A DNA stretch of 64,000 bases from Pirellulales bacterium. GTDB lineage: Bacteria; Planctomycetota; Planctomycetia; Pirellulales; JAICIG01. The position numbers and the translations under genes are program-made. Under the pieces are notes generated by a model, which saw only the letters and a program-made list of their open reading frames with translations, searched no databases and was not told the DNA's origin. Of this stretch, positions 9,089 through 20,742 are shown piece after piece; position 1 is the first letter of the stretch; every line of letters starts with the position of its first letter. The stretch is taken from assembly GCA_963786255.1 (NCBI GenBank), contig CAWAYY010000042.1, positions 35,751 to 99,750 of the forward strand. Direction: 5' to 3'.

Positions 9089-11053
9089 CTAACGCGCGGA
9101 TTGCCGGACCAACCGCGATTCGGCGCTCGAGGCCGGGCGCCAACCGAGACTCAGCCAACCTCGATCGGACTGCAATTGTACAAGATCGAGCCGCCCGATG
9201 CGTTGCCACTGACCGGGCAAGATCAGCGGCCGCGACACGAACTGTTCGGGAAAAATCCTGTCGAAGCGATGCTTCAGCAAATTGCGAATCCCGATCAGGC
9301 GGGTCGGCAGCCGCCGGCCCGAGTTCGGGACGAAGCCGGGCGGAAAGATTTCCAAATCTCCCTGCCGCACCGCCTTGAGCTTTCCGTCCTGGCTTTCCAA
9401 CCGATACCGCGCCGTCACGTCCATGGCAACGTCGAATTGCCGCACATCGGAAGCAAACTCCCGGCCACGAACGGTGATCGTCGCCATTTGCCGGTCGAGC
9501 CGCAGCGAAACCGGATTGAAGGCGGCGAAGGTGATCGACCAAGGGCCGCGCGATCGATCATCGTCTTCCAACTGCTCGGGAATGCCCCCCAGGTATCGCA
9601 CGGCCAAACGCTCGAACTGGTCGCGATCTAGCGTGCGTCCGGCCAACAAACCGTGCGCAAAGTTGTTCGGCAGAGACTCGTGGAAGCGGACGGTCAGATC
9701 GCTCCCCGGCGGAACCTCCGGCGGCGGCGAGGGCGCCGCCAGGCGGTCGGTTCCGTCATGCAAGACCGTGAAGTGGAGCCGGTCAGCCGTCGTGCGGAAG
9801 GCCAACTGACGCGGGAACTGCCCGATGCGGACCAGCGGATTGCGGACTTTTTCCAGGTAGTCGGCATTCGACCGCTTGAGTTCCCGGCTTGTCTCGGCGT
9901 TCAGACGCCGGATCAAGCGCTGTTCGGCGTGACGAGACGCAATGAGCTCGCTCTGCCGCTTCTGGCCGGGGATTCGTCGTCGCGCCGCCTTGCGGACGAT
10001 GCAGTCGACGATCCCTCGACGCGTCGACCAGACTCCGTAAATCCGACTCCGGGCCGAAGCCGAGGCCTGCGGCGGCAGCGTGTGGAAACCGAGTTCGTCA
10101 AGCGCCAATTGCTGTCGGCCGACGAGAATCGTGCGACTGGTGCTGCCGATCCGCGCCGGACCGTTGGCTCCAATCGTGCTGGCGTTATTCGTCGCTTCGA
10201 GCGTGGTTTCGAGCACCGCCTTATCGGCGGCAGGCGTCAGCCGAACGCTGACGCGCCCCATCGTGCGGCCTTGCCCGCGAATCGACGTTCCAAGGATCAC
10301 GTCGCGCACCGCGTCGACTTCATCAATCTGCCGGCGGGAACCGGTTGCGATGAGTTCGTCGCTGACCCCTACGAGCAGATTCGGCCGGGAAAGCCGTTGG
10401 CGGATGGTCCGCAGCAAAGGCAGCGCCTGACGGCGGCGCTCGAGCCAGCCAAGCGAGCGTCCGGCTTGCTCCAGCGCTTCCGAATCGGCGCTCTTACCGT
10501 AGCTTTCAAGATGTTCGGCAAGACGACCGAGCTCGGCGCGAAAAGTCTCTTCGGGCTGTGGATCCGCAAGCGCGACCGACAGATCGATGTAGTCGCGCAA
10601 CGCCGTCGCGACATTTCTCCAGAGCGGCCACTCCAGGCCGGCATGATCCGCCAGGTAGCGGTCATGGATCTGGTCCAGGACTGCCAGATCCGGCGTCGCG
10701 CCGGCTCGCAGCTGCTGCTGCATCTGGTCCCACTTCAGATACCGCTTCCATGCGACGCCGTTGGCGCCGCCAGTTGCCAGGTAGCGATTGAGCCGATCGG
10801 CCGCGTGCAGCAGGCGGGTCTTGGCCGCCGCCGCCTCACCCTTCGTGTGAGGGGAAAACGAGCCCTCCGCTTTTCGCGCGAGCGCGGGCAATTCGCCGAT
10901 CTCGGCCGCCGCACTTTCTGAACCGGGAGTCCCTGTCGAAACGTCCGGTTTCAGCGCCTCGGCCGAAGCGGGAGGTTCGGCGTAAACCGAGCTTGCCGCA
11001 ATAGTTGAAACAAAACAAGCGACCCAGAAGGGACGCCCGGAAAAATGCTGCAT
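9089..11053 (-). CDS. secreted hypothetical protein (about 654 aa)
   Basis: The ATG at 11053 gives MQHFSGRPFWVACFVSTIAASSVYAEPP (signal peptide). The frame is open for 2 kb with coding-like composition. No family recognised. Confidence 0.65.
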   Translation of the reverse strand: MQHFSGRPFWVACFVSTIAASSVYAEPPASAEALKPDVSTGTPGSESAAAEIGELPALARKAEGSFSPHTKGEAAAAKTRLLHAADRLNRYLATGGANGVAWKRYLKWDQMQQQLRAGATPDLAVLDQIHDRYLADHAGLEWPLWRNVATALRDYIDLSVALADPQPEETFRAELGRLAEHLESYGKSADSEALEQAGRSLGWLERRRQALPLLRTIRQRLSRPNLLVGVSDELIATGSRRQIDEVDAVRDVILGTSIRGQGRTMGRVSVRLTPAADKAVLETTLEATNNASTIGANGPARIGSTSRTILVGRQQLALDELGFHTLPPQASASARSRIYGVWSTRRGIVDCIVRKAARRRIPGQKRQSELIASRHAEQRLIRRLNAETSRELKRSNADYLEKVRNPLVRIGQFPRQLAFRTTADRLHFTVLHDGTDRLAAPSPPPEVPPGSDLTVRFHESLPNNFAHGLLAGRTLDRDQFERLAVRYLGGIPEQLEDDDRSRGPWSITFAAFNPVSLRLDRQMATITVRGREFASDVRQFDVAMDVTARYRLESQDGKLKAVRQGDLEIFPPGFVPNSGRRLPTRLIGIRNLLKHRFDRIFPEQFVSRPLILPGQWQRIGRLDLVQLQSDRGWLSLGWRPASSAESRLVRQSAR

Positions 11054-11469
11054 CGAAAACTCCTTGTCGCGCCGAAGGGTGCGCCCATGGTTAACAGTCA
11101 TAGCATGAATAAAAAGCCGGGGCTACCAGCCAGCTTTCCTTAGCCAGAAAAAACTGGGCATTCGGTTGATTTTGTCCATTCACCTTGTTACACCGATAAC
11201 CACCAACCAGCATATTCACCGTAATTGACAAACTCCACTGATTTAACAGCCCATGAAACTTCGCCCGGGGCGTTCTTACCGGTCGTGACGACCGTTCCTC
11301 CCCGCCCTTCGTTTTTCCCACGGACGGGCTTGTTCCCCCCACGGCTCCTGGGCCGCTGATCGTCAGCGGCTGCAATCCGTGGCGGTGTTGCCGACGCTCA
11401 GGACCATCGGGGTTCTGCGCCGGCGTTGAGTCTTGCAGGCTCGACATCCGTTGCCCATGAGGAGGTGCC

Positions 11470-12384
11470 ATGCACTCGGTCCGCAATCTGTTCGTACCCA
11501 TGCTCGTTTTAGGAGTCTTTGCACCCGCGGCGGCGAGCCCGCCGAAAGCGCCGGCGCCCGCGCCAACCATTGCCGCCCGAACGGCGGAGATCGACTGGTA
11601 CGAGAACTATGCCAAAGCGATGAAGTCGGCCTCGTCGCAGCACAAGATGCTGTTGATCTGGTTTCAAGGCAGGCAGCGCAACGCAACGGCCAAACAATTT
11701 GAATCGGTGGCGCTCAAGCACCCGAAGGTGGTGCAACTGATCGATCGTTACGTAGCGTTGAAAACGCCGGTCGACGTGCAAATTACCGTTGACGGCAAGC
11801 CCACGAAAGTCTTGCACCACCCGGCATTTGAAGAATTGCACGGTCGCGCCGGCGTGGCGATTCTGGATTTCGCCCATCCGGATTCCGAGCACTACGGCAA
11901 GGTGGTGACGGCGTTGCCTTTCACGCCCGGCAAGTACTACCGCTTTCAGCCCCATCATCTGGCCGTGGCCCTCGACCTTCCGCCTGGCTCGATCACGCAA
12001 CGCACCCTGGTGTTTGCCGTGCGCATTCATCCCGAAAAGCCAGCCAGCACGGTAGGCCAGCTCGATCCGACGCTCGCCAAGGAAGCTCGCAGTCACTCGG
12101 GTTATCAGGCGAGAATTCGCGTGCAAGGCCACCACAACTGGGGGAGCCGCTTCCCCCGGCTCAGCGCCCTGCTCCCGTTTGGCCTGCGGGCCCAAGAGGT
12201 GGTGGCCGAAAGTTGGCCCCATGAAAGCCTGGTTGACGCGGCAGTCGATTGCGTCGATAGCTGGCGGCACTCGTCCGGACATTGGAGCGCAGTGCGTGCC
12301 CGGCAGCCTCGCTTCGGGTATGATATGCAACGCGGATCCAACGGCATCTGGTACGCGACCGGCCTGTTTGGCAATCGCCACTAG
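11470..12384 (+). CDS. secreted thioredoxin-like domain / CAP (SCP, PR-1-like) domain fusion protein
   Basis: AGGAGG lies before the ATG, followed by a signal peptide MHSVRNLFVPMLVLGVFAPAAA. The N-terminal half reads IDWYENYAKAMKSASSQHKMLLIWF (thioredoxin-like/DUF255-style). The C-terminal half reads HSGYQARIRVQGHHNW...ESW...VDSWRHSSGHWSAV......FGYDM.....GIWYATGLF (CAP-like). Confidence 0.65.
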   Translation: MHSVRNLFVPMLVLGVFAPAAASPPKAPAPAPTIAARTAEIDWYENYAKAMKSASSQHKMLLIWFQGRQRNATAKQFESVALKHPKVVQLIDRYVALKTPVDVQITVDGKPTKVLHHPAFEELHGRAGVAILDFAHPDSEHYGKVVTALPFTPGKYYRFQPHHLAVALDLPPGSITQRTLVFAVRIHPEKPASTVGQLDPTLAKEARSHSGYQARIRVQGHHNWGSRFPRLSALLPFGLRAQEVVAESWPHESLVDAAVDCVDSWRHSSGHWSAVRARQPRFGYDMQRGSNGIWYATGLFGNRH

Positions 12385-12447
12385 CCCGAACCCGTTTGGG
12401 GAGAACTTTTTCAGTCTCCGATTGATCCGCCTGACACGACCAGCGCC

Positions 12448-12500
12448 GAACCCCCGTCGCAAATTTGCCGCAAGGCGTTTCCGATCGGGGGTTCTTTTTT
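12448..12500 (+). terminator. rho-independent terminator after the Trx/CAP gene
   Basis: GAACCCCCG (12448-12456) pairs with CGGGGGTTC (12486-12494) and is followed by T6. The loop contains the palindrome GCAAATTTGC. Confidence 0.6.
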
Positions 12501-12710
12501 GATTATGCGGGCGCGGGCGTTGTATTTGATCAACTTTGCCGGGACGGCGCGTTGAAAAAAGTCCACGCGTTGCCAAAACGCATGCTAGGTTTCCCAAAAC
12601 GGATTCTGCGCGCCGCGGCAATCGCCTCAGTCCGCCCGCGCCCTTGGATCTTGCTCCGCCGCGCCGCTGCGCCGCGACTTGGGCGAGATCATCACGTACA
12701 CGGGTGGAGC

Positions 12711-15126
12711 ATGGACCGAACCAGGAGTCATGGGCGACGGCTGATCATCGCGCTCGGGCTCTGTACCCTGGTCTGTCAGGGCTGCGCCTACGGCCGGCTT
12801 CCGCGCATCGATCCGTCGGGCGAGCGGTTCTTCATCCCGGGTCCGGTCACTTACTCGGAGGAACCGGCGCCGGGTTGCCCTCACTTCCAGCATCACGAAC
12901 TGATCAAGGTCCAGCTTACGCCTTCGAAGATCATCGCCCCCGTCGGCAGCGAAGTGGTGCTGCTGGCCGGCGTGTGCGCCGCCGACGGTTACATGTACGC
13001 CAACCAGGAAGTGGAATGGATGATAGCGCCGGGCGGCGTGGGCCAGTTCATCGGCTTGGGTCGCAAGAGCCCGCTGGATTGGCTCACCGGTTTCAATACC
13101 TGGCCGCGAAAGGTAAACAGCGCGTACGCGATCGGCGTGACATCTCCCCGCTACGTGTGCCTGACTCGCGGCACGCCGACGCCGACCGACGACTTGCCCG
13201 TGCAACGCGGACAGGCATGGATCTCCGTCACTTCACCGGTCGAAGGAACGAGCTTTGTGACGGCGCACGCTCCCGGCGTGAAGGCGTGGGACGGCCATGC
13301 CCAGACTTCGACCATCCAGTGGGTCGACGCCGAGTTCGTCTATCCGCCTCCGGCCGTCAATCCGGCCGGCACGAAGCATACGTTTACCACCACCGTCACG
13401 CGTCACACCAGCCAGGGGCCGATTGAAGGCTGGCGCGTGCGCTACGAGATCAGCGGCGGTCCCGCCGCCGGCTTCGCACCCGATGGGGCCCAAGTGGTCG
13501 AGGTTCCGACCAACGAGTTCGGCCAGGCGAGCGTCGAGATCTATCAGCTCGAACCGGCGCCCGGAACGAATATGGTCGACATTCAGGTTATCCGGCCCGC
13601 CAGCGCGACCAGCGGCGGCGAACGCTTCGTGATCGGCAACGGCGCCACGCACAAGACCTGGAGCGCGCCGGGCATTTCCTTGAATAAATCGGGCCCGGCG
13701 CAAGGCTTCGTCGGCGATACGCTGGTCTACCGGATCGACGTGCGGAATCCCGGCGACCTGACGGTTAAGGAAGTGGTCGTGAGCGATCAGCTTTCCGAGG
13801 GCATGACGTTCGTCAGCAGCAATCCGCCTGCACAGCCGGCGGGCGGCAAACTCGAATGGCGCCTTGGCGATCTGCTCGCCGGCGAAGGCCGGACGATCGA
13901 AGTCAATTTCCGCGCGGATCGGCCCGGCACGCTCAACAATTGCGCCGGCGTGGCGACGGCCGAGGGTCTTGCCGCGCAGGACTGCGCCGCGACGACGGTG
14001 CTCGTACAGTCGCTGCGCGTCGATGTGAGCGGGCCAACGCAGGTCGCCGTCGGACAAGAGGCGACGTTTGAGGCTCGCATCACCAACGCCGGCGCCGCCC
14101 CGGCGACCGGTTTGATCCTGATCGATCGTTACGATCCCGGTTTGCAGCACGTATCAAACACCAACCCCATGGAGCGCGATCTGGGCGACTTGCAGCCGGG
14201 CGAGACGCGCGTGATTTCCATTACGTTCCGAGCCGCCGCGGCCGGCCGCCTTTGCCACACCGTGGAAGTGCAGGCGGCCGGCGGCCCCGGAGCGCTAGGC
14301 AGCGGGGAGGCTTGCGTTACGGCCATCGGTGCGGGGCGGCGCCCCGACCGTAGGCGGCGCGGCAGCTCCCCGCACAACTCCGGCGGCGCCTGCGCAACGT
14401 CCTACGCTTACGCTCAAGAAAACGGGTCCGGACAAGTTGAGCATCGGCGAGATTGCCGAATTCCACATTGAAGTCGCCAACACCGGTAACGTTCCGGCGA
14501 CCAGGCTGAAAGTGGTCGACCATTACGATCCCTCGCTCGAGCCGACGAAAGCGACGCTCGGCTGGAAGTGGACCGGCGCCGACATGGTTTGGGAAGTCGA
14601 CGAGTTGGCGCCCGGCCAGACGATTCGCTTCCAGGTAAACTGCAAGTGCCTGGCCCAGGCCGCCAAATCGTGCAATCGGGCAACCGTTTCCTCGCAGGAA
14701 GGCGCTCAGGCGAACGATGACGCGTGCCTGAGCATTTCGCCGCCGCCGGGCGGAATCAGCGTCGTGATTGCCGAAGACGCCGATCCCGTGACGGTCGAGG
14801 AGCAGGCGACGTACAACATCCGCGTCACCAACCACGGACAGACATCCGATCGGCAAGTAGCCCTGGTCGTGACCGTGCCGGCCGGCATGATCCCGTTGCA
14901 CATCGGCACGCAAGGTCCGGGAACGGTGCGGACGTCGATCGACGGCCAGAGCGTTCGCTTCGACCCGGTCGCTGAAATGAAACCGGGCGATCGGCTGGAC
15001 TACAAAGTAAGAGTCCGTGCCGACAAACCGGGCGCCGCCCGCTGCCGGGCGCAAGTGAGCTCGCAGAACCTCAAGTCGCCGGTCGTGGTCGAGGAGACCA
15101 CGCAGGTCATTCAGAGGCGAAATTAA
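12711..15126 (+). pseudogene. DUF11 (conserved repeat) domain surface protein, frame-disrupted as sequenced (1 lesion near 14335)
   Basis: The ATG at 12711 after GGTGGAG gives MDRTRSHGRRLIIALGLCTLVCQGC. At least four DUF11-type repeats are present (LNKSGPAQGFVGDTLVYRIDVRNPGDLTVKEVVVSDQL; VSGPTQVAVGQEATFEARITNAGAAPATGL; LKKTGPDKLSIGEIAEFHIEVANTGNVPATRL; DADPVTVEEQATYNIRVTNHGQTSDRQV). The reading passes from ORF 12465..14471 into ORF 14329..15126. Confidence 0.75.
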
Positions 15127-17829
15127 CCGACGACGCCGACCGTCTGCCGATGCGCATGTTCGGCCGACGGGCTGGAAGCGAGCCGGGCTTCGCCCGTCGC
15201 TTCGAGAAGGTCGATTTCGCGTCCCGGCACGCGTTGCTGCACGTACCGCTTAATGAACTCGACCGTTTCTTCGATGACATCGGCCTGCACGACCAGCAGC
15301 TCGCCGGGATGAGCGGTCTGCAAAGCCTGCTCGACGGCCCGCAAGGCGCCTTGAATCTCCATGATTTCCGGCAGGTAAGCGGCGCGCTCGACGCCGCGGC
15401 GGATGAGGCCCATGATTTCCCCTTCCGCTCGACCGCGGCGATAATGGTCTTCGTACAGCAGGACGCGGTCAAAGGCGTCGCCAATCAACTCGCCCTGCTC
15501 GATCAGGTCGCAGTCGCGACGGTCGCCGGCTGACGAATAGACGATCGAGCGGCGGGCGTGAGGAAACGTGTCGATCACTTCCACCAACGCGGCCAGCGCG
15601 GACGTGTTATGTCCATAGTCGACAATCACCGTCGCCTCGCCGATCTCGAACAGGTTGAACCTGCCCGGCGATTGTTCCAAATTGGCGGCGAAGGACTCCA
15701 GCCCGCGCGCAATGCGTCGAAGGAGAAACCGGCCGCCCAGCCGGCGCCGGCCGTGGCCAAGGCGTTTTCCACCTGAAAACCGACGCGGCCGCCATGGGTC
15801 AGCGGAACTCGATCGAGCGCGACGAGCGGCGTTTCCTGCGCGCCTTCGGCGGCGATTATCACGCCGTCGCGGACGAACAGCACGCGGCCGTTTTTCTGGC
15901 GATGGGCGCCGAGCACGGGATCATCCGCGTGCCGCGAGAAGTATAGGACGGCGCCGGGGCACTTTTCGGCCATCGCGGCAACCAGCGGTTCGTCGGCCTT
16001 GAGCACGGCCGTGCCCGTCGGGGCCAGCGCCTCGATCACGGTCCGTTTGACGCGGGCCAGATCTTCCAGCGTCTGGATATCGCTGGCGCCCAGGTGATCT
16101 CCGTCGCCCAGGTTCGTGACGACCGCCACGTCGCACAGGTCGAAGCCGAGTCCTTCGCGCAGTATTCCGCCCCGCGCGGTCTCCAGCACGGCCGCTTCAA
16201 CCCGCGGATTCATCAGCACGGCGCGAGCGCTTTTCGGTCCGCTGCAGTCGCCCGTTTCAATCCGTCGCTGGCCGATGAAAATACCGTCCGTGCACGACAT
16301 GCCGACGACGGCGCCCTGCGAGGCGAACAGGTGCGAGATGAACCGCGTGGTGGTGGTTTTGCCGTTCGAGCCCGTGACGGCCACGATCGGAATGCGGCCC
16401 GTTTCGCCGGGAGCGAACATCAAGTCGACGATGGCGTCGCCCACCGGGCGCGGGCGCCGCTGGAGGGTTCGACGTGCATTCGCAAGCCCGGCCCGGCATT
16501 GACCTCCACGATGGCGCCCTGCTGCTCCTCCAGCGGGCGGCCGATGTCGACGGCCAGCACGTCGATGCCCGCAATATCCAGGCCGACCGCCTTGGCCGCG
16601 TCGACCGCGCGAGCCGCCACTTCCGGGTGCACCCGTTCGGTGACGTCGGCGGCGGTGCCGCCCGTGCTGAGATTGGCGTTGCGGCGAATCAGCACTCTTT
16701 GGCCTGCGGCTGGAATCGAGTCGGGAGTCAACTGTTGTTCGCTCAGGACGGCGAGCGCGATGTCGTCGATACGGATCCGGCTCAGCGGCGTGGCATGATC
16801 GCTGCCCCGGCGCGGATCAGCGTTCACCTGCGCGACGAGCTCGGCGACGGTGCGCATGCCGTCGCCAATGACGTGGGCCGGTTCGCGCCGGGCGGCGGCG
16901 ACCAGTCTTTCTCCGATGACCAGCAGTCGATAATCGTCGCCTGGAATGCACTCTTCGACTACGATTGACGAGCCCTCTTGCCTGGCGGCGGCATACGCAG
17001 TGCGCACCTGTTCTTCGGTGGTGAGATTTGTGGCCACGCCGCGGCCTTGGTTGCCATACCGCGGCTTGACCACCACCGGCCCGCCGATCTCCTGGGCGGC
17101 TTGCCAGGCGTCGTCGGCGTCGGCCACGTCGCGGCCTTCAGGCGTCGGCACGCCCACGCTGCGCAGCAACGAACGCGTCAGTTCCTTGTCCTGCGCAATG
17201 GATTCGGCGATGGCGCTGGTGCGGTCGGTCTCGCCCGCCTGAATGCGGCGTTGGCGGGCGCCGTAGCCGAACTGCACGAGGTTGCCTTCGCTCAGGCGCC
17301 GGGCGGGAATGCCGCGCCCGACGGCTGCATCCACGATCGCCCGGGTGCTGGGGCCCAGGCGCAATTCCTGGTTCAGTTCGCTCAGCCGCCCGACTTCCGC
17401 CTGAACGTCGTAAGGCCGGTCGTAGATGGCCGCCAGAACCAGTTCCAGCCCGGCGTACAAGCAGGCCTTGGCGAACTCTTCGTCCTGGTACTCCACGACG
17501 ACCTTATAGACGCCCTCCTGGGAAGTTTCTCGCGCGCGGCCGTAGCCTACCTCGCTGCCGGCCAGCGATTGCAGTTCCAGCGTCACGTGTTCCAGGATGT
17601 GGCCGGGCCAGGTGCCGCGCCGCAAGCGTTCGAAGAAACCGCCCCGCTCGCCGATGCTGCACCGGTGCTCGATCATCGTCGGCAGCCAGGACATCAAGCG
17701 GTCGTTGAAACCGGGCAGTTCGTCGGACGGGGAGTCCTTCAACTCTTCCAGGTCGACCCAAGCTTCGAGCACGGGGAAGTTGGCCCAGATGTTCGGGCCG
17801 CGCAACGACAGAACCTTAAGAATCTTCAT
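15123..17829 (-). pseudogene. cphA: cyanophycin synthetase, frame-disrupted as sequenced (2 lesions near 16445 and 15703)
   Basis: The ATG at 17829 gives MKILKVLSLRGPNIWANFPVLEAWVDL. An ATP-grasp part (VVVKPRYGNQGRGV) is followed by a Mur-ligase-like part (AVTGSNGKTTTTRFISHLF). The gene is read across ORFs 16420..17922, 15626..16444 and 15123..15680. Confidence 0.85.
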
Positions 17830-18452
17830 GCCTCTACGCTCTATGCCTCTCTGAAAGCTTGTGAAGGGTGCGCGCGACGCTTGAATCGCCGGGCGTGTTC
17901 CGAGCCGGGCGTGCATCATCATGGAACGATACGCGAGAAGTGTTCACGAAGTTTTGACGCTACGGAGAAAAACGCGACTGGCTTCGAGGAATGCGGGCAA
18001 AACGCGACTCGCCGAGAGCCGGCGTCTCGCGGGAACGGCTCGCCGCAAGCTCGACCGCCTGCGCCCGCGAGCGATATCGTTCCTAGCATGACCTATCTTA
18101 TCGGGATGTCCAGCGGTAAGAGTAGTACGCATTCGTTTTCGCCCCTATAATTCTCGCGGCCGATACCGACAAGCACCTTCCGCGGGGCGGAAACGCAACA
18201 AAAACCGCTTATTCCTTCCTGAAAAACGCGATATTAGTTAATGGCGTCTGCGAACGCTTGGTTACGCGTTTTATGCTTTTTTAAACATCTGCTTGCCGTT
18301 TCCTAACATTGCCCCCGCATGGACTTTGCATTAAAGATTATTTAGGCGAAAATGCAAAAAAGCCTACTATGAAGCTGCAAACTTCGAGCCAGCAGCAATC
18401 AAACTGTCCCGCCCGATTTCCCATCCACGCAACTTCCGGGAGCGTTTAGTCT

Positions 18453-20740
18453 TTGGACGAACTAGCCGATACCTGCCGCTCGCTCCCCGACGTCTGGCGT
18501 AAAGTCGCTGGCGAGCAGCTTGAAGCCGGCGAGACCGTTCTGGCCTGGTTCGAGCCGGACTTGGACAGCCGCTTGCACTTTGCGCGCGAGCTGATCCTCG
18601 TCACCGACCGCCGCATCCTCTCGGCGAGCAACCGTGCGGAATCGCCCGACACTCCCCCGGACGAACAAACGAACGTCTGGCAAAGTTGGCCGCTGGAAAC
18701 CGTCGCCCGGCTGGACTGCATGCCACCGGGCGGGCGTTGGCGCCCTGGAATTGCTTTCCGCCCGGGAGCGTTTGGCCCACTGGCGCTACACGCTGGGCCG
18801 TTCGGCGAATGCCAACCGGTTGGTCCAGCAATTTGCGGAATGGCGGCAAGGGACGTCCGACGGAAGGTTGGAAACCGACGCCCCCGGGAAGGAAGAGGCA
18901 ACGGCTTGCCCGATTTGCGGTTCAGAAATCCCGGCCGAGACCGTCCCTTGTCCCCGCTGTTCGGGCGCCGGCAAAGCGCCACGGCAAACGGTGGCGCTGG
19001 TGCGGCCTGTTGCAGTTCGCCAGGCCGCGGCGTGCAGCACTGTCGCTTGGTTTTGGTCTGACCATTGCCAGCACGGCGGCAGGACTCATACCGCCCTATC
19101 TGACGATGCCGCTGATGGATGACGTCCTCATCCCCCGCCAAAATGGCGAACCGGTCGAGGCGATGCTGGTGGTTTGGTATCTGTCCGCTTTGGCGTTGGC
19201 GGCGATCGCAGCCTGGCTGTTGAGCTGGGGCCGGACCTATGTGCTTGCCTGGGTATTCGAACGGATCAGCGCGGACTTGCGCAATCATACGTACGCCCAT
19301 CTCCAGCGTTTGTCGCTGGAATTTTTCGGCGGACAAGCGGACGGGCGATCTGATGTCCCGCGTCAGCACCGACACGGAACGAATTTGCAATTTTCTGTCG
19401 CTCAATCTGCTCAACTTCATCACCGACTTGCTGATGATGGTGATGACGGCGCTCGTGCTGTTCTGGATCGATCCCTGGCTGGCGCTGGCGACGCTTGTTC
19501 CCTTTCCTTTCATTGGCTGGATGGTGGGCCAGGTTCGCGAACGGCTGCGCGTCGGCTTTCTGGAAGCCGGGCGGGTTTGGGGCGAGATGACTAGCGTGCT
19601 GGCCGATACGATCCCCGGCATTCGGGTGGTCAAGGCGTTCGCCCAGGAAGGGCGCGAGGTGCGAACGTTTCCGCCACGCAAACGATAACGTGCTGCGGGC
19701 CAATGACCGCGTCAACAAGGTCTGGTCGTTCTTCGGGCCGATCGTAACGCTGCTGACCGAGGCGGGGCTGCTGGTCGTGTGGGCCTTTGGCGCCTGGCAG
19801 GTCTTTCACGGCCAGATCAAGATCGGCGTGCTGATGGCCTTCTTGGGCTTCATCGGCCGCTTTTACAGCCGGCTTGACTCGATGAGCCGGATGCTGGCCG
19901 CCGTGCAACGCGCCGCCGCCAGCACGCAGCGCATTTTCGAGATCCTCGATCGCGTGCCGAGCGTGGCCGAGCCCGCCGATCCGGTCCATCCGCGCCGGCT
20001 GCGCGGCGAAGTCGAATTCCGCAACGTCGGCTTCCGCTACGGCAACCGTCCGGTGCTGGAGGATGTCGAATTGACGATTCAGCCCGGCGAGATGATCGGC
20101 CTGGTCGGTCCCAGCGGCTCCGGCAAGAGCACGCTGGTGAATCTCGTTTGCCGCTTCTACGACGTCAACGAGGGAGCGATCCTGGTCGACGGCATGGACA
20201 TCCGCACGCTGGCCTTGGAAGACTATCGCCGCCACATCGGCATCGTGCTGCAAGAGCCGTTTCTGTTCTACGGCACGATCGCCGAGAACATCGCCTACGG
20301 CCGTCCCGAAGCCACGCGAGAAGAGATTATCGCCGCCGCGCGAGCCGCCCGGGCGCACGAGTTCATTCTGCGCCTGACCGACGGCTACGATTCGCATCGT
20401 CGGCGAGCGGGGACAGAAGCTCTCCGGCGGCGAGCGGCAACGGATTTCGATCGCCCGGGCGCTGTTGATCGACCCGCGGATCCTGATCCTCGACGAAGCC
20501 ACCTCGTCGGTCGACACCGAGACCGAGCGGGAGATTCAACTGGCGCTGGAAGCGCTGATCCAGGGCCGCACGACGATCGCCATCGCCCACCGGCTGAGCA
20601 CGCTGCGGCGGGCGGATCGGATCGTCGTCCTCGAGCGCGGCCGGATCGCCGAAATCGGCCAGCATGACGAATTGCTCGGGCAGTCCGGCGCCTACGCCCG
20701 GCTGCACCGCGCCGAACTCGAGCTTGCGGAGCTGGAATAG
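18453..20740 (+). pseudogene. ABC exporter (fused permease/ATPase) with an N-terminal extension containing a zinc ribbon. It belongs to the cyanophycin-metabolism-associated type and is frame-disrupted as sequenced (about 5 lesions).
   Basis: The gene is read across ORFs 18453, 18634, 18686, 19239, 19690 and 20465. The N-terminal extension includes LILVTDRRIL and CPICGSEIPAETVPCPRCSG. TM region: LLQFARPRRAALSLGF...TGDLMSRVSTDTERI. Walker A GPSGSGKST, signature [15 protein letters not shown], Walker [13 protein letters not shown]. Lesions lie near 18712, 18980, 19333, 19659 and 20395. Confidence 0.8.
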
Positions 20741-20742
20741 CC

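Noticed and set aside
11102-11469. Possible riboswitch in the 360-nt leader of the Trx/CAP gene
   Set aside because: Hairpins are present (for example GCCGCTGA-TCG-TCAGCGGC), but I could not match any known riboswitch core. I noted it only inside the Trx/CAP finding.
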